DNA of 64,000 bases from the NCBI GenBank assembly GCA_963806855.1, contig CAWDYW010000003.1:384001-448000 (forward strand). Direction: 5' to 3'. Source of the DNA: an uncultured Verrucomicrobiae bacterium. GTDB taxonomy: Bacteria > Chlamydiota > Chlamydiia > Chlamydiales > Rhabdochlamydiaceae. Both the position numbers and the translations under genes were made by a program. Below the pieces are notes generated by a model, which made no database searches, was not told the DNA's origin, and saw nothing but the letters and a program-made list of their open reading frames with translations. Below, in pieces: positions 63,958 through 64,000 of the stretch. The first letter of the stretch is position 1. Each line of letters begins with the position of its first letter.

Positions 63958-64000
63958 TGGCATCCCCGGCGCGAATTGAACGCGCGACCTACAGCTTAGG
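63958..64000 (-). tRNA. tRNA-Arg(CCU), 3' half
   Basis: Reverse complement CCT-AA-GCTGT-AGGTC-GCGCG-TTCAATT-CGCGC-CGGGGAT-G-CCA: anticodon, T-arm, acceptor and CCA. Confidence 0.9.

Overview
Genomic window of an environmental member of the Chlamydiae. The backbone gene order mnmA-clpC-lplA-[CT283-like]-gcvH, and the TPR/DUF5399-mraZ-rsmH-ftsL-ftsI-murE-amiA cluster, resemble the recalled C. trachomatis CT287-CT282 and CT274-CT268 regions. Other core genes include rpmF, yceD, lpxB, pcnB, an EmrAB-OMF efflux operon, proS, dnaA and a partial tRNA-Arg(CCU). Accessory DNA is interleaved throughout. The best novel-system candidate is a drastically shortened (~646 aa) class I lanthipeptide-type dehydratase (LanB) that keeps both glutamylation and elimination motifs. 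It lies head-to-head with a 34-aa ORF missing from the ORF track (MEEDDLEEDLDLQEVEEEQPESMSNCPKGYCKQD) that looks like its precursor, and no LanC is present in the window. Other highlights: (1) a protease / ubiquitin-like gene pair sharing a Cys-rich domain, the second ending in a polybasic CaaX motif; (2) three COG1373-type AAA ATPases, each preceded by its own palindromic array with a 31-33 bp period; (3) repeated insertion of accessory genes between imperfect duplications of neighbouring gene ends or promoters; (4) two collagen-like genes beside a Cys-rich outer membrane barrel; (5) a DHCR24-like oxidoreductase, two PP2C phosphatases, a MORN-repeat triplet, hicAB and a TnpB element. Single-base frameshifts occur even in essential genes (proS, clpC), so most are probably assembly errors rather than true pseudogenes. 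All family calls come from motif recognition; no database searches were run.
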